Origin: Nitrospirota bacterium
GTDB lineage: Bacteria; Nitrospirota; Thermodesulfovibrionia; Thermodesulfovibrionales; JdFR-85
DNA: 64,000 nucleotides
Reading direction: 5' to 3'
Assembly (NCBI GenBank): GCA_035873375.1
Contig: JAYWMQ010000006.1
Span: 65,551 to 129,550, forward strand
Part shown: piece after piece, positions 19,257 to 27,979 of the stretch
Numbering within the stretch: the first letter of the stretch is position 1
Layout: each line of letters starts with the position of its first letter
Notes under the pieces: model-generated
The model's database searches: none
The model's input: only the letters and a program-made list of their open reading frames with translations
What the model was told of the DNA's origin: nothing
Made by a program: the position numbers and the translations under genes

Positions 19257-20003
19257 CTAAAATTCAAATATCTCTCCGAATTGAGGGATAAGTACTTTTT
19301 TCTCCAAATCATATAATCTTATTAATCTGCAAAACTCTTTGAGCGGCCAGGAATGTTTTTCAAGAATGGTTCTGAATGTTCCATAATGTACAGGGACCAT
19401 GAGTCCTGCTTTCAAATCCACAAAAACCTTTACCGAATCTGCGGGACTGAGGTGCTCCTTACCAAACAAAAAAGAAGGAGTAGCAAGTCCGATAGGAAGA
19501 AACGCCACATCAATGGAATATTTCCGGCCTATATTTTTGAAAACCTGTGAGTAGCCGCTGTCACCCACAAAGAAAATTGTTTTGCCGTTTATTCTGATTA
19601 TATAACTGTTTGTCTGAGTCTTTCTTCCCCACATGTAACGAGCGGATGCATGCACTGCCGGCAAAGCTGTAATCCTGGCAGCAGCTATATTTCTTGACTC
19701 TCCATGATTCAATTCGAACACCTTGTCTTCGTGAATATCCTTAAAATATCTGCCCGTCTTTTTCGGGCACAATATAGCTTGAACGTCTTTTATTTGACGA
19801 ATCGACGACAAGGACAGATGGTCAATATGTGAATGTGTAATGACTATTATGGTCTTGTTCGGCAATCCATCAATATTTAGCGCTGGCTTTACCATCCGGC
19901 GCATAATGAACCCCATGGAGCTATCAAAATTTGGGTCTGTAAGGATATGAAATGATCCTGCATCAAACAGAACAGTCGAGTGTCCAACAAGTATTGCATT
20001 CAT
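19257..20003 (-). CDS. MBL-fold metallo-hydrolase (UlaG/NAPE-PLD-like subgroup)
   Basis: ITHSHIDH metal motif, FFVGDSGY, VPVHYGTF. Overlaps the upstream SDR gene by 4 nt. Confidence 0.8.
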   Translation of the reverse strand: MNAILVGHSTVLFDAGSFHILTDPNFDSSMGFIMRRMVKPALNIDGLPNKTIIVITHSHIDHLSLSSIRQIKDVQAILCPKKTGRYFKDIHEDKVFELNHGESRNIAAARITALPAVHASARYMWGRKTQTNSYIIRINGKTIFFVGDSGYSQVFKNIGRKYSIDVAFLPIGLATPSFLFGKEHLSPADSVKVFVDLKAGLMVPVHYGTFRTILEKHSWPLKEFCRLIRLYDLEKKVLIPQFGEIFEF

Positions 20004-20968
20004 TTTATTCTCATATATTCCTGCACTGCAGAAGTTACCCCTTCCTGAAAATTCACTGCTGAAACAAACCCTAACTCGTGCTTGGCTAAATCGACGCTGC
20101 AGGCATGATTGAGAGACATGTAGTCAACCACGTATCTCGTCAACTTTGGAGTTGTCTTTTTATATCGTGATACGTGCTCCATTAATAGGGCTAACCCCCT
20201 GGCCGTAACCCTGGGGACTTTCGGGGGGATTCCAACTGACAACTCCTCGGATATAGTCTTTACAATTTCCATCATTGTTGGAATATAAGATGCACCAATA
20301 TTGTAAGTTTCTCCATTTTTTCCTTTTTCAGCACACATTATCAGCCCGTTTACACAATCCGAGACATGAGTTATATGCTTTTTATTTTTACCACTTCCTA
20401 TGATCCTGAAACTTTTGTTCAATATCCCCTCAACCAGAGCCGGAATCAATCGACCGGTCGCTCCATATAAAGATGTGGGACGTGCTATTTTTAAGGGAAG
20501 GCCATTCCGCGCAAACTCGATGGCAATTTCTTCGGACTGAATCTTGGAACGTTCATAATCAAATATATCCTCAGGCAATTGGGACTGTTCATCTTTCAGT
20601 ACAGCTTTTTTCGAAGGCCCATAGAGTAGTGTTGTACTCACATGAACAATATTGGGACATTCCCAGCGCTCACATTGTTCCAGCAGTTTTGTTGTTCCAA
20701 GAACATTTGCATTATAGTAATCATTCCATTTCAGGCCCCAAAAGCCCGTAAGCGCAGCACAATGGTATATGACATCAGCATTCTGAACGGTTCCGGTGTA
20801 AGAGGAGTTGTTCATCAGGTCACCATGCACTACTTCCACGCCGGATAGGAATTCCGGTACTTTCTGCGGATTCCTCACTAATATAGATACATGGCATCCG
20901 TCTTCAAGCAGCCTTTTTGCAAGATGTCTTCCAAGGAACCCTGTTCCTCCGGTTATAAATACTTTCAT
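20000..20968 (-). CDS. NAD(P)-dependent epimerase/dehydratase-family reductase (extended SDR)
   Basis: MKVFITGGTGFLGRHL Rossmann motif. Catalytic YERSK (YxxxK). 322 aa. Confidence 0.85.
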   Translation of the reverse strand: MKVFITGGTGFLGRHLAKRLLEDGCHVSILVRNPQKVPEFLSGVEVVHGDLMNNSSYTGTVQNADVIYHCAALTGFWGLKWNDYYNANVLGTTKLLEQCERWECPNIVHVSTTLLYGPSKKAVLKDEQSQLPEDIFDYERSKIQSEEIAIEFARNGLPLKIARPTSLYGATGRLIPALVEGILNKSFRIIGSGKNKKHITHVSDCVNGLIMCAEKGKNGETYNIGASYIPTMMEIVKTISEELSVGIPPKVPRVTARGLALLMEHVSRYKKTTPKLTRYVVDYMSLNHACSVDLAKHELGFVSAVNFQEGVTSAVQEYMRIK

Positions 20969-20969
20969 G

Positions 20970-22820
20970 CTATTTACCCTCCTTCTTATACCTGATCTTT
21001 CGATGCATCCGTTTTTCCAGGGGACTTTTGTATTCTAACACTTCCCAGTTTGTTGCTTCCCTGAAACTGGGGGTGCCATCCGGATTATTTCCATCAAATA
21101 TCCTGAACCTGTTTCTACTGAGGACACTCCCTGATGAATGGCAATCACTGCAACGAAGTGCTTCTTTTGCATTCCTGACTCCATGAGTAATCGTAAGATA
21201 TGCACCTGCAGGATAATTCGGGCCGTGTGCATCCTGCATGTATTCACCTGTTGGCATCAATGACATGGAATAGTAATCACCAGGATACAGCCCGTTAAAT
21301 ATTCCTACGAGAGGACTATCTGAATCAGCTCCTAAAAACCTTCCAATGGCATTCAAGTTAAAAAATGTCTTTGTCATTGCGCTGTTAACGGCATCACCTA
21401 AGTTAGAGGTTAGAGCAAGAACCTCCCTGTCAAGATTGAAAATGAGCGGCATTGAAGCCATCTTTTCCTGCATTTTTGTAGAGAGGCTGGAATCCAGTGT
21501 TCTGTTTCCCAGAGTTCCAGTTCCATCAGACGCTGTTGCATAAGGATGATCCCCGGGACGCATCATGCCGAGTCCGACTAAAGCCCTCTGAATGGTCGAG
21601 TCATCCAGAACATCTGCCATTACAAGACCTGATGCATCTACAGGCAGGCCTGAAGTAAGAGGCTTGAAAGGCCATATTTTGCTTCCGGAATCATATCTGC
21701 TGCCAATAGGTTGAGCCAGAAAACTTGCGGTTCCGTTGAACCAAAGGTACTTTGGTCTCAGCTTATATTCTTCATATATATCGTACTCATTTTTTCCCTC
21801 TGTAATATAGTCACGGGTATCATATGCACTATACGCGTTCTCTCGTGCATACCTGATGCTTATTCCATCAGAAGTCCACGAGTAAAATGTCGCCCCTGAC
21901 GTCCAGGGAATATGACAGGTCTGGCAAGCAATAAAGGTTAAGTGTCTATTGAGTATTTTACGATTTTTTTTGAGGTGAGGTGTCTCGGAATGGCATTTTT
22001 CGCATTTCATGGCATTTTCCGACGAACCGACACGGTAATCAGAAGCAAATAGTTCAGAAACAAAATTCCCTCTCGGAATTTTATGCTGTTTCACCTCATG
22101 GCAACGAGTGCATGCATTGCCATTGAACGCAGGAGAAGCAATATGGACATCATTCCAGGCTTCGAATGGTGTACCCCGTTCATCCGAAGATGCTGCCTCA
22201 TAATGACATCTGAGACAAAGTTCCGTTTTTGTTTTGCCGATGCTCTTGACAGCATCCCATGTCCTGTCCTGGTACCAGGTTTTTATAACCCATCCATTAT
22301 CTAACGTTTCATCTACCAATCGGTCCCGGCCGTTGTATTGTGACGCATGACAAATGAGACAATCAACTCCGTCTCGTGACTTTTCAATATTTTCTATCGG
22401 CATACCTGTTGATTGGTCAATATCATTCATTGTTCCAGGCAGATATCTCCCCACATGACATTTTCCACATCCCCTGCTGTCATTGAAACTATAGTTAACA
22501 AGGGTATTTCCTCCCGTCATACCACTGCTCCGGTCATAGTGACCATGCATGCCTCCACCGGGATAATCGATATACTGATTTTCGGACCTGAAGGTATAAT
22601 GAACCGTATTCATTACTTCAGTGATCTTTTCCTCATGACAACGTGCGCATAGCTGAGATGTAAGAAGTTCAGCATATCCGTCCGACTCACCGTCCATTGA
22701 ATCAACAGACAGAAACATATTGTAGAGATTTGAATGGCTCCAATCTTCTGCCCATCCAACAGATGCACTCATGAAAAAAAAGAGCAGTGTTAGTATCTTA
22801 AGTAAACTTCTTATTTCCAT
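20970..22820 (-). CDS. Secreted octaheme c-type cytochrome
   Basis: Signal peptide. Eight CxxCH motifs: CARCH, CGKCH, CLICH, CLRCH, CTRCH, CEKCH and CQTCH within aa 58-303, and CSDCH near aa 565. Confidence 0.9.
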   Translation of the reverse strand: MEIRSLLKILTLLFFFMSASVGWAEDWSHSNLYNMFLSVDSMDGESDGYAELLTSQLCARCHEEKITEVMNTVHYTFRSENQYIDYPGGGMHGHYDRSSGMTGGNTLVNYSFNDSRGCGKCHVGRYLPGTMNDIDQSTGMPIENIEKSRDGVDCLICHASQYNGRDRLVDETLDNGWVIKTWYQDRTWDAVKSIGKTKTELCLRCHYEAASSDERGTPFEAWNDVHIASPAFNGNACTRCHEVKQHKIPRGNFVSELFASDYRVGSSENAMKCEKCHSETPHLKKNRKILNRHLTFIACQTCHIPWTSGATFYSWTSDGISIRYARENAYSAYDTRDYITEGKNEYDIYEEYKLRPKYLWFNGTASFLAQPIGSRYDSGSKIWPFKPLTSGLPVDASGLVMADVLDDSTIQRALVGLGMMRPGDHPYATASDGTGTLGNRTLDSSLSTKMQEKMASMPLIFNLDREVLALTSNLGDAVNSAMTKTFFNLNAIGRFLGADSDSPLVGIFNGLYPGDYYSMSLMPTGEYMQDAHGPNYPAGAYLTITHGVRNAKEALRCSDCHSSGSVLSRNRFRIFDGNNPDGTPSFREATNWEVLEYKSPLEKRMHRKIRYKKEGK

Positions 22821-22833
22821 AAATTCCCCCTGT

Positions 22834-23355
22834 TCATATTGTTGAAACCTGCAAAAGATTCCTTTTACGAAATCGATTTACAATTTTTTTACTTATACAG
22901 TTTCCTATTATTTCAAACTCTGCAAGTATCTTGTTGTTCTGGATAACACAAATTACTCCTGTAAATTCCCCATTTCCTTTTCTGCTCTTCTCTTTAAATT
23001 CATTTACAGTAATGCGCAAAATTGTTTCCAACTCGAACTCTACAAAGTTGTAGAACCTTGAAAAAAATCTGTCAAGGATGAAGTAAGTGTCCTGCCCAAT
23101 ACCATAGAACTGATGGACAACCGCAATTCCCATCTGCCGTGCTGCTTCAATAAGAAGCAGTCCAGGTAAATGGTCGACAGGGTGCTCAAAAAAGAAAGGC
23201 AGATTTTCATCGAATGCAATGAAACATTCATAGATATTGCTTCCAAGATCATTTCTGTGAATGATATCGCTTATTAATACATTTGATTCCTCATGTTTGT
23301 GGACATATTTTTTCCCGATTTTTTTTGATTTTGCTGATGCATACCTATCCTTCAT
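22834..23355 (-). CDS. AfsA/ScbA-type hotdog-domain protein (single domain, 173 aa)
   Basis: YVHKHEESNVLISD followed by FFFEHPVDHLPGLLLIEAARQMG. This matches my memory of the A-factor biosynthesis hotdog domain signature (VHK..enVl...; F.DHp.DHvPGm.l.EaaRQ). Strong RBS AAGGAGGGGGG. Confidence 0.6.
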   Translation of the reverse strand: MKDRYASAKSKKIGKKYVHKHEESNVLISDIIHRNDLGSNIYECFIAFDENLPFFFEHPVDHLPGLLLIEAARQMGIAVVHQFYGIGQDTYFILDRFFSRFYNFVEFELETILRITVNEFKEKSRKGNGEFTGVICVIQNNKILAEFEIIGNCISKKIVNRFRKRNLLQVSTI

Positions 23356-23620
23356 TCTCCCCCCCTCCTTATTTTAATAATCATACCGTACCGTTATACT
23401 TTATTCTTAGATTCAGGTTGCTGAAGTATTGTGACAAGCGCATGTCAAATCTTCTGTAATGGTAATATTGTACTTAAGGCTGAACAAAAAAATATGGTAA
23501 ATATACCTTTACAATTACAGATTTATCTTAAAGAATGGAGGGAGAGAGAGAAGAAGGCCATATCTCAGCGGGCTGTTGGCAAAAAGAAATACAGTCAATA
23601 CTCTATCATTCCTCTTGTTT

Positions 23621-23660
23621 ACGCCCGGTATGGACATGATCTAATGAAGTGACCTGTCTG
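23621..23660. repeat. 40-nt direct repeat, left copy (partner at 27980-28019)
   Basis: ACGCCCGGTATGGACATGATCTAATGAAGTGACCTGTCTG versus ACGCCCGGCACGGACATGAGCTAATGGGGTGACCTGTATG, 34/40 identical by hand alignment. A further shared CCGTTA(A/G)AGC lies downstream. Confidence 0.75.
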
Positions 23661-23820
23661 TCAGAAGGTCCGTTAAAGCTGGTTTGTCCTCGCGAGTCAA
23701 GGCTGTCAAGGATATCAAATCAAGCAGATTTTACAGAATCTCAACAAAGCAGATATTTCTATCGTCAAGAGAAAGAGTTGTGGACTAAAAAGAAAATATA
23801 AATTGGCACAAACGGTTTTT

Positions 23821-25284
23821 TTACCCTAAAATCCCGGCTTTGCGGGCAACGGACAGCAGCGCAGGGCAGGGCTCGATACCAAGCTCCCGTTTCAGGGTCT
23901 CTTTTGCCCCGTTGAATATCTGAACGGCCTTTGAAGGGTATGTCTCCATATAGGAGCGCATGAGGTAAACATACACCTCTTCATATAGTGGGTCCTTATC
24001 AGCCGCCCTGTGGAGTTGAGGGATTTTCTCACCTTCAGGCATGAGGGATGATGCCATGTCTGAATACTGTCTTGCCTGATCAGGCATAGCCGTCTTTCAT
24101 ACAGATTTGCAACCTCGAGCGTACCTGCCGATGCAAGGAGCAGAAAACCTGCCTCTTTCCATCTCTGTATCCACACAAGAAAGTGTTTTAGGGCCTCACT
24201 ATCCCTGCCGAGGTCGGAAAGCGCCTGGCCGTGAAGGAGGGAGGGCATCTGTACTGCAATGGGACTTTCACTCGATCTTCCCCTGTCAATTGCCTCATTG
24301 CTGTGAAGGAGAGCCCTGTGAGGCAGGTTTATCCCGAGTGTATGCTATGCCAAGATTAAAGTGCAGATAGGAGTAATGAAAGTAGTTCTGCTCAGGTATG
24401 GCACGGGCGCGCACCTTTTCGGCAATCCGTTCCACTGCCTCTGAATTTCCACTGTGCGAAAGGACATGCAGTAGATGTCCATAAGCAAGAAAATATACAG
24501 GGGGCGGGAGCGTTTCAAAGAATGGCAGGTTTATGATCTCCATCAGCACCCGTCCCCCGGCGTCAGGGTTTCCACTGACTGTATGGAATAATCCCAGGGT
24601 GGTTTGAAAATATATCCTGCAGACCATGGATGTATCAGGTTGTTCACACAGTATTCCGGCATCTGAAAGGAGCATATCCGCCTCTGAAAGTCTGCCCATC
24701 CAGAGGAGGCTGTAACTGGCTGCTGCAGAGTAAAAGAGCCTGAGAGATATGGAGCCAGCCTTTTCCGCCCATAAACGCAGTAACCTGTAACTATCCAGGG
24801 CCTGTTGCACCTTTCCGTAACCTGTAAGTTCTGCCATGGCCCTGAATCCGTAAAGTGATGCCATTGCAAGGGGTGGGATATGTTCCTTTATATCAAGAAG
24901 TTCTTCAATCCTGCCGTACCATGAGTCATAACGGTGGTAGTTATGTCCACTGTCCCAGATGGAGGCGACCCTGGCACCAAGGCTGGCACATGCTGCCTCA
25001 TAATCACCGGCACTCATGAATAACCGGTAGAACTTATCCATTGAATCCAGAGGGATTGACTGTTTTACCGCCTCTGAAAGAAAGAGGATTCTGGGCGGAA
25101 ATTGCTGTATATCAGTGGTAAATTTCTGAAGGGGCATGAGATGGGAGATGATGGCAGGGGTGTCCATGTTAAACCACCAGGTAAGCCCGTCGTCACACAG
25201 GGCGTAAATATATTCGTCCCATTTTCCCTCCTCCACATGTGAATTGTAAGGGCTTTTTAGTTGAATAAAGGATGACTCTTCCAT
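23821..25284 (-). pseudogene. TPR-superhelix + C-terminal BTAD regulator, disrupted by two frameshifts
   Basis: Three consecutive ORF pieces (25284-24295, about 24340-24090 in another frame, 24087-23821). Together they read through a TPR-like region into a BTAD-like tail, DPLYEEVYVYLMRSYMETYPSKAVQIFNGAKETLKRELGIEPCPAL. The first and last pieces share a frame. Confidence 0.7.
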
Positions 25285-25315
25285 AAATATAGTGATGTTG
25301 CGTTGTTATACGGGG

Positions 25316-25447
25316 TTACATCAATTCTTTAAGTTTTTCAATTGTAATATCTGCATCTTGCAAGATACTTTTAAAGGTTTTGGGATGAATGATTTTACCT
25401 GAATGATAATGATAAGGAACAGTTACTCTTGGCAACTTCTCTGTCAT
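25316..25447 (-). CDS. HicA-like toxin remnant (43 aa, C-terminal half only)
   Basis: Not in the ORF track because it is under 60 aa. Translation is MTEKLPRVTVPYHYHSGKIIHPKTFKSILQDADITIEKLKELM, resembling the ..VTVP.H.g.dl..gTl.sILkqAgi.. C-terminal half of HicA. ATGA overlap with the hicB stop. The N-terminal half with the GSH motif is absent. Confidence 0.5.
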   Translation of the reverse strand: MTEKLPRVTVPYHYHSGKIIHPKTFKSILQDADITIEKLKELM

Positions 25448-25668
25448 ACTGCTACTTCCCTCAGGGTTAGACTCACAGATTCAGATTGTGGTATATCTTC
25501 ATTGTTCTCAATTCTGTCTTCCACGTGGAGCCGAATAGCGTCTTTGATGTTTTCCAGAACTTCTTCATAAGAATTACCCTGTGTGTAGCAACCCTGAAGT
25601 TCAGGACAAAATGCAAAATAGCCATCACTATCTCGTTCAACTATAACGGAAAACCTGCATGTATGCAT
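25444..25668 (-). CDS. hicB: HicB-family antitoxin (UPF0150 fold, no DNA-binding extension)
   Basis: FSVIVERDSDGYFAFCPELQGCYTQGNSYEEVLENIKDAIRLHVE, a typical short HicB. RBS AGGAGGAGG. Confidence 0.8.
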   Translation of the reverse strand: MHTCRFSVIVERDSDGYFAFCPELQGCYTQGNSYEEVLENIKDAIRLHVEDRIENNEDIPQSESVSLTLREVAV

Positions 25669-25704
25669 TTCTGACCTCCTCCTGATGGGGTTAACCTTCG
25701 ATAA

Positions 25705-25713
25705 ATTATAACA
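25705..25713 (-). promoter_or_regulatory. Candidate extended -10 promoter for hicB
   Basis: The minus strand reads TGTTATAAT (TGnTATAAT) about 37 nt upstream of the hicB ATG. No convincing -35 element. Confidence 0.4.
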
Positions 25714-25771
25714 TAAACTTGACTGACGGGTGTCCGGGAAGATACGGAATTGTTAAGGCATGGAGTAAGGA

Positions 25772-25793
25772 TTGTGAAGATATTTCTTCACAA
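25772..25793 (-). promoter_or_regulatory. Perfect 9-bp inverted repeat (hairpin or operator)
   Basis: TTGTGAAGA-TATT-TCTTCACAA, immediately after the stop of the small ORF and about 60 nt upstream of the hicB -10. No U tract. Confidence 0.35.
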
Positions 25794-25970
25794 TTAAAGG
25801 GCAGCCCATCTTAATTGTTTGGTAATAAATACTGTTTTTTTATTGTACTTGACCAGTATCCCGACTACCTCACCACGACCAGGAGGATGAAAGTATACTT
25901 TTTCTCCAACACTGAACTCGAGCATTTCAGAGTGGACCCGCATTGACTCTATAAACTTTAACCTTTCCAC
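25794..25970 (-). CDS. Small hypothetical ORF (58 aa) immediately downstream of the sulfatase gene
   Basis: GTG start. Translation is (M)ERLKFIESMRVHSEMLEFSVGEKVYFHPPGRGEVVGILVKYNKKTVFITKQLRWAAL. A degenerate, frame-broken paralog lies at about 28080-28215. No family recognised. Confidence 0.3.
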   Translation of the reverse strand: MERLKFIESMRVHSEMLEFSVGEKVYFHPPGRGEVVGILVKYNKKTVFITKQLRWAAL

Positions 25971-25999
25971 CTCGATAATCTCGATTTGCTATACTATTT

Positions 26000-27907
26000 T
26001 CACTGTTTCCATCGATTAAGATGATGTTTATATAAATAACTTGCACTTTGATAATATGTTATTGCATCTGATGCATCCTTGTCTAAAGGAGCAATTTCTT
26101 TATATTTGATGCCGCGAAGACTCTGATTAACTATACTATACTCGTGAACACTCCTGTCTGGTTCCAATACAAGAAGCCTCCTGTTTCTTAAAAACCCCAA
26201 TTTCTGGTAAGTTCCAATAAATGCTCTTTCATAAAACTTTTCATTAAGTATATTCTTGCCATAAAATTTACTTTCATAACTCCAGTTCATAATTGAAAAA
26301 AGAGTAGGCATAAGATCAATTTGGGAAGATAGTTTACTTATAGTATTTGGTTCTATAATATCTGGTGCATAAATTAAAAAAGGAATCTTATATCGCCAGG
26401 CAGGTAATGATGTTTTCCCGGCACTTCCTCCGTTATGGTCAGCTACAATAACAAAAATAGTATTTTTAAACCAAGGCCTGGATGCTGCATTTTTTAAGAA
26501 TTTATCAATAGCATAATCTGTATATTTTACTCCTCCCGCTCTTCCCGTGTGTGAGGGTATATCTATTTTTCCATCAGGGTAGGTATATGGTCTATGATTG
26601 GAGGTTGTCATTATGTAGTTAAAGAATGGCTTCCCTTTTTTATATGATTTATCTGATTCTTTTAGTGCCTTGTTAAACAAATCTTCATCACATACTCCCC
26701 AAGCATTAGAAAATGTTATTTCATCTTTGGTCATATTCGTTCTATCAACAATATAAAAGCCGTTATGTGAAAAAAAATCATTCATATTATCAAAATAACC
26801 ATATCCTGCATAAATAAATTTATTTTCATATCCTTTTTCTTTAAATACAAACCCCGAAGAAAACATATTATAGTTATCCGGTCTTTTAACAATACTTCTT
26901 CCAGGTGTTGGAGGAACAGATAAAGTAACAGCTTCCATCCCTCTAACCGTTCTTGTTCCTGTTGCATAAAAATTATCGAAAAATAGAGATTTCTTAGCCA
27001 GTTTATCTAAATACGGGGTTAAGTCCCTATTGTCGCCAAAAATCCCCATATATTCTGCACTAAGACTCTCAACCATAATCAACATAATATTATATTTTAA
27101 TTCTTTGCCATCTTTATTTATAAACTGCGAGGAGTTATCATCGAATCCAGACAAGATCTTTAAATTAGACATTACAGTTTTTATATTCTCAGTCTTATAG
27201 AACTCATCATAGTCTAATGTATTATTTCTAAAGGCAGAGAATAGAGAATAAAGTCCATTTTTGGATAATTCATTGTCATATTGATTATTAGAGATATTTG
27301 CTAAAGATTGCTTATCAAGTATATTAAAAAACAAGACAGGTAAAACAATCAAAACTGCTACAACTTTCAATCGTTGCAGATAACCTTGAGTAGAATCAAA
27401 TGCAAAATCAAGAATAGATGTTTTTTTATAAATAAAATAAAAAGTAATAGAACTAATTATAAAAACGATGGTAAGAAGCAATGGGATTGGATATGATTCA
27501 AGGATATTATTTATGACCTCATGCGTATATACAAGATAATCAACAGCAATAAAATTAAACCTTTTTCCAAACTCATCCCAAAAGAACCATTCTGAAAAAC
27601 CATTAAAAACGAGTAGATTAATCTGAATAAACAAAAACAGCCAGATTATGTATTTATGAAATTTGTTGTTAAATAACTTATTGGGCATCAAAGCAATATA
27701 TAGCGCAAAAGGTGCTACAAAATACATAGCCGCAACAAAATCATAAATTAATCCCACTAAAAACAGTTTTATTAGTACAAATATTCCAAAATCAACCTGA
27801 TCAAAATCGGCAAACAGTAATATTATTCTTGAGGTAAAGCTAATAGCGATAAATATCACTATTAGCAAAGTTACTAAAGCAAAGCGATTTTTTATATATT
27901 TTGACAT
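26000..27907 (-). CDS. LTA-synthase/phosphoglycerol-transferase family sulfatase-fold membrane protein
   Basis: Five N-terminal TM helices followed by an alkaline-phosphatase-superfamily domain (MVESLSAEYMG...TGTRTVRGMEA...VADHNGG). Very AT-rich. Confidence 0.85.
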   Translation of the reverse strand: MSKYIKNRFALVTLLIVIFIAISFTSRIILLFADFDQVDFGIFVLIKLFLVGLIYDFVAAMYFVAPFALYIALMPNKLFNNKFHKYIIWLFLFIQINLLVFNGFSEWFFWDEFGKRFNFIAVDYLVYTHEVINNILESYPIPLLLTIVFIISSITFYFIYKKTSILDFAFDSTQGYLQRLKVVAVLIVLPVLFFNILDKQSLANISNNQYDNELSKNGLYSLFSAFRNNTLDYDEFYKTENIKTVMSNLKILSGFDDNSSQFINKDGKELKYNIMLIMVESLSAEYMGIFGDNRDLTPYLDKLAKKSLFFDNFYATGTRTVRGMEAVTLSVPPTPGRSIVKRPDNYNMFSSGFVFKEKGYENKFIYAGYGYFDNMNDFFSHNGFYIVDRTNMTKDEITFSNAWGVCDEDLFNKALKESDKSYKKGKPFFNYIMTTSNHRPYTYPDGKIDIPSHTGRAGGVKYTDYAIDKFLKNAASRPWFKNTIFVIVADHNGGSAGKTSLPAWRYKIPFLIYAPDIIEPNTISKLSSQIDLMPTLFSIMNWSYESKFYGKNILNEKFYERAFIGTYQKLGFLRNRRLLVLEPDRSVHEYSIVNQSLRGIKYKEIAPLDKDASDAITYYQSASYLYKHHLNRWKQ

Positions 27908-27979
27908 GTATTCCCTTTTGTGTATAATGCGGAATTGAGCTGCAATACCGTAAGTGTTGTCAGCTCCAACGATTGGTAT

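Noticed and set aside
23431-23652. A 73-aa plus-strand ORF in the spacer upstream of the AfsA-like gene.
   Set aside because: It has a GTG start without an RBS and Lys-rich, low-information sequence. It runs into the 40-nt repeat and points away from any operon. I found no family resemblance.
27937-27966. The hairpin GAGCTGCAATACC-GTAA-GTGTTGTCAGCTC, which resembles group II intron domain V (AGC triad, GNRA loop).
   Set aside because: It is 30 nt rather than 34 nt and lacks the canonical bulge geometry. No intron-encoded reverse transcriptase and no 5' GUGYG boundary are present. The region upstream is an intact gene on the opposite strand, and the left copy of the associated 40-nt repeat lacks it.
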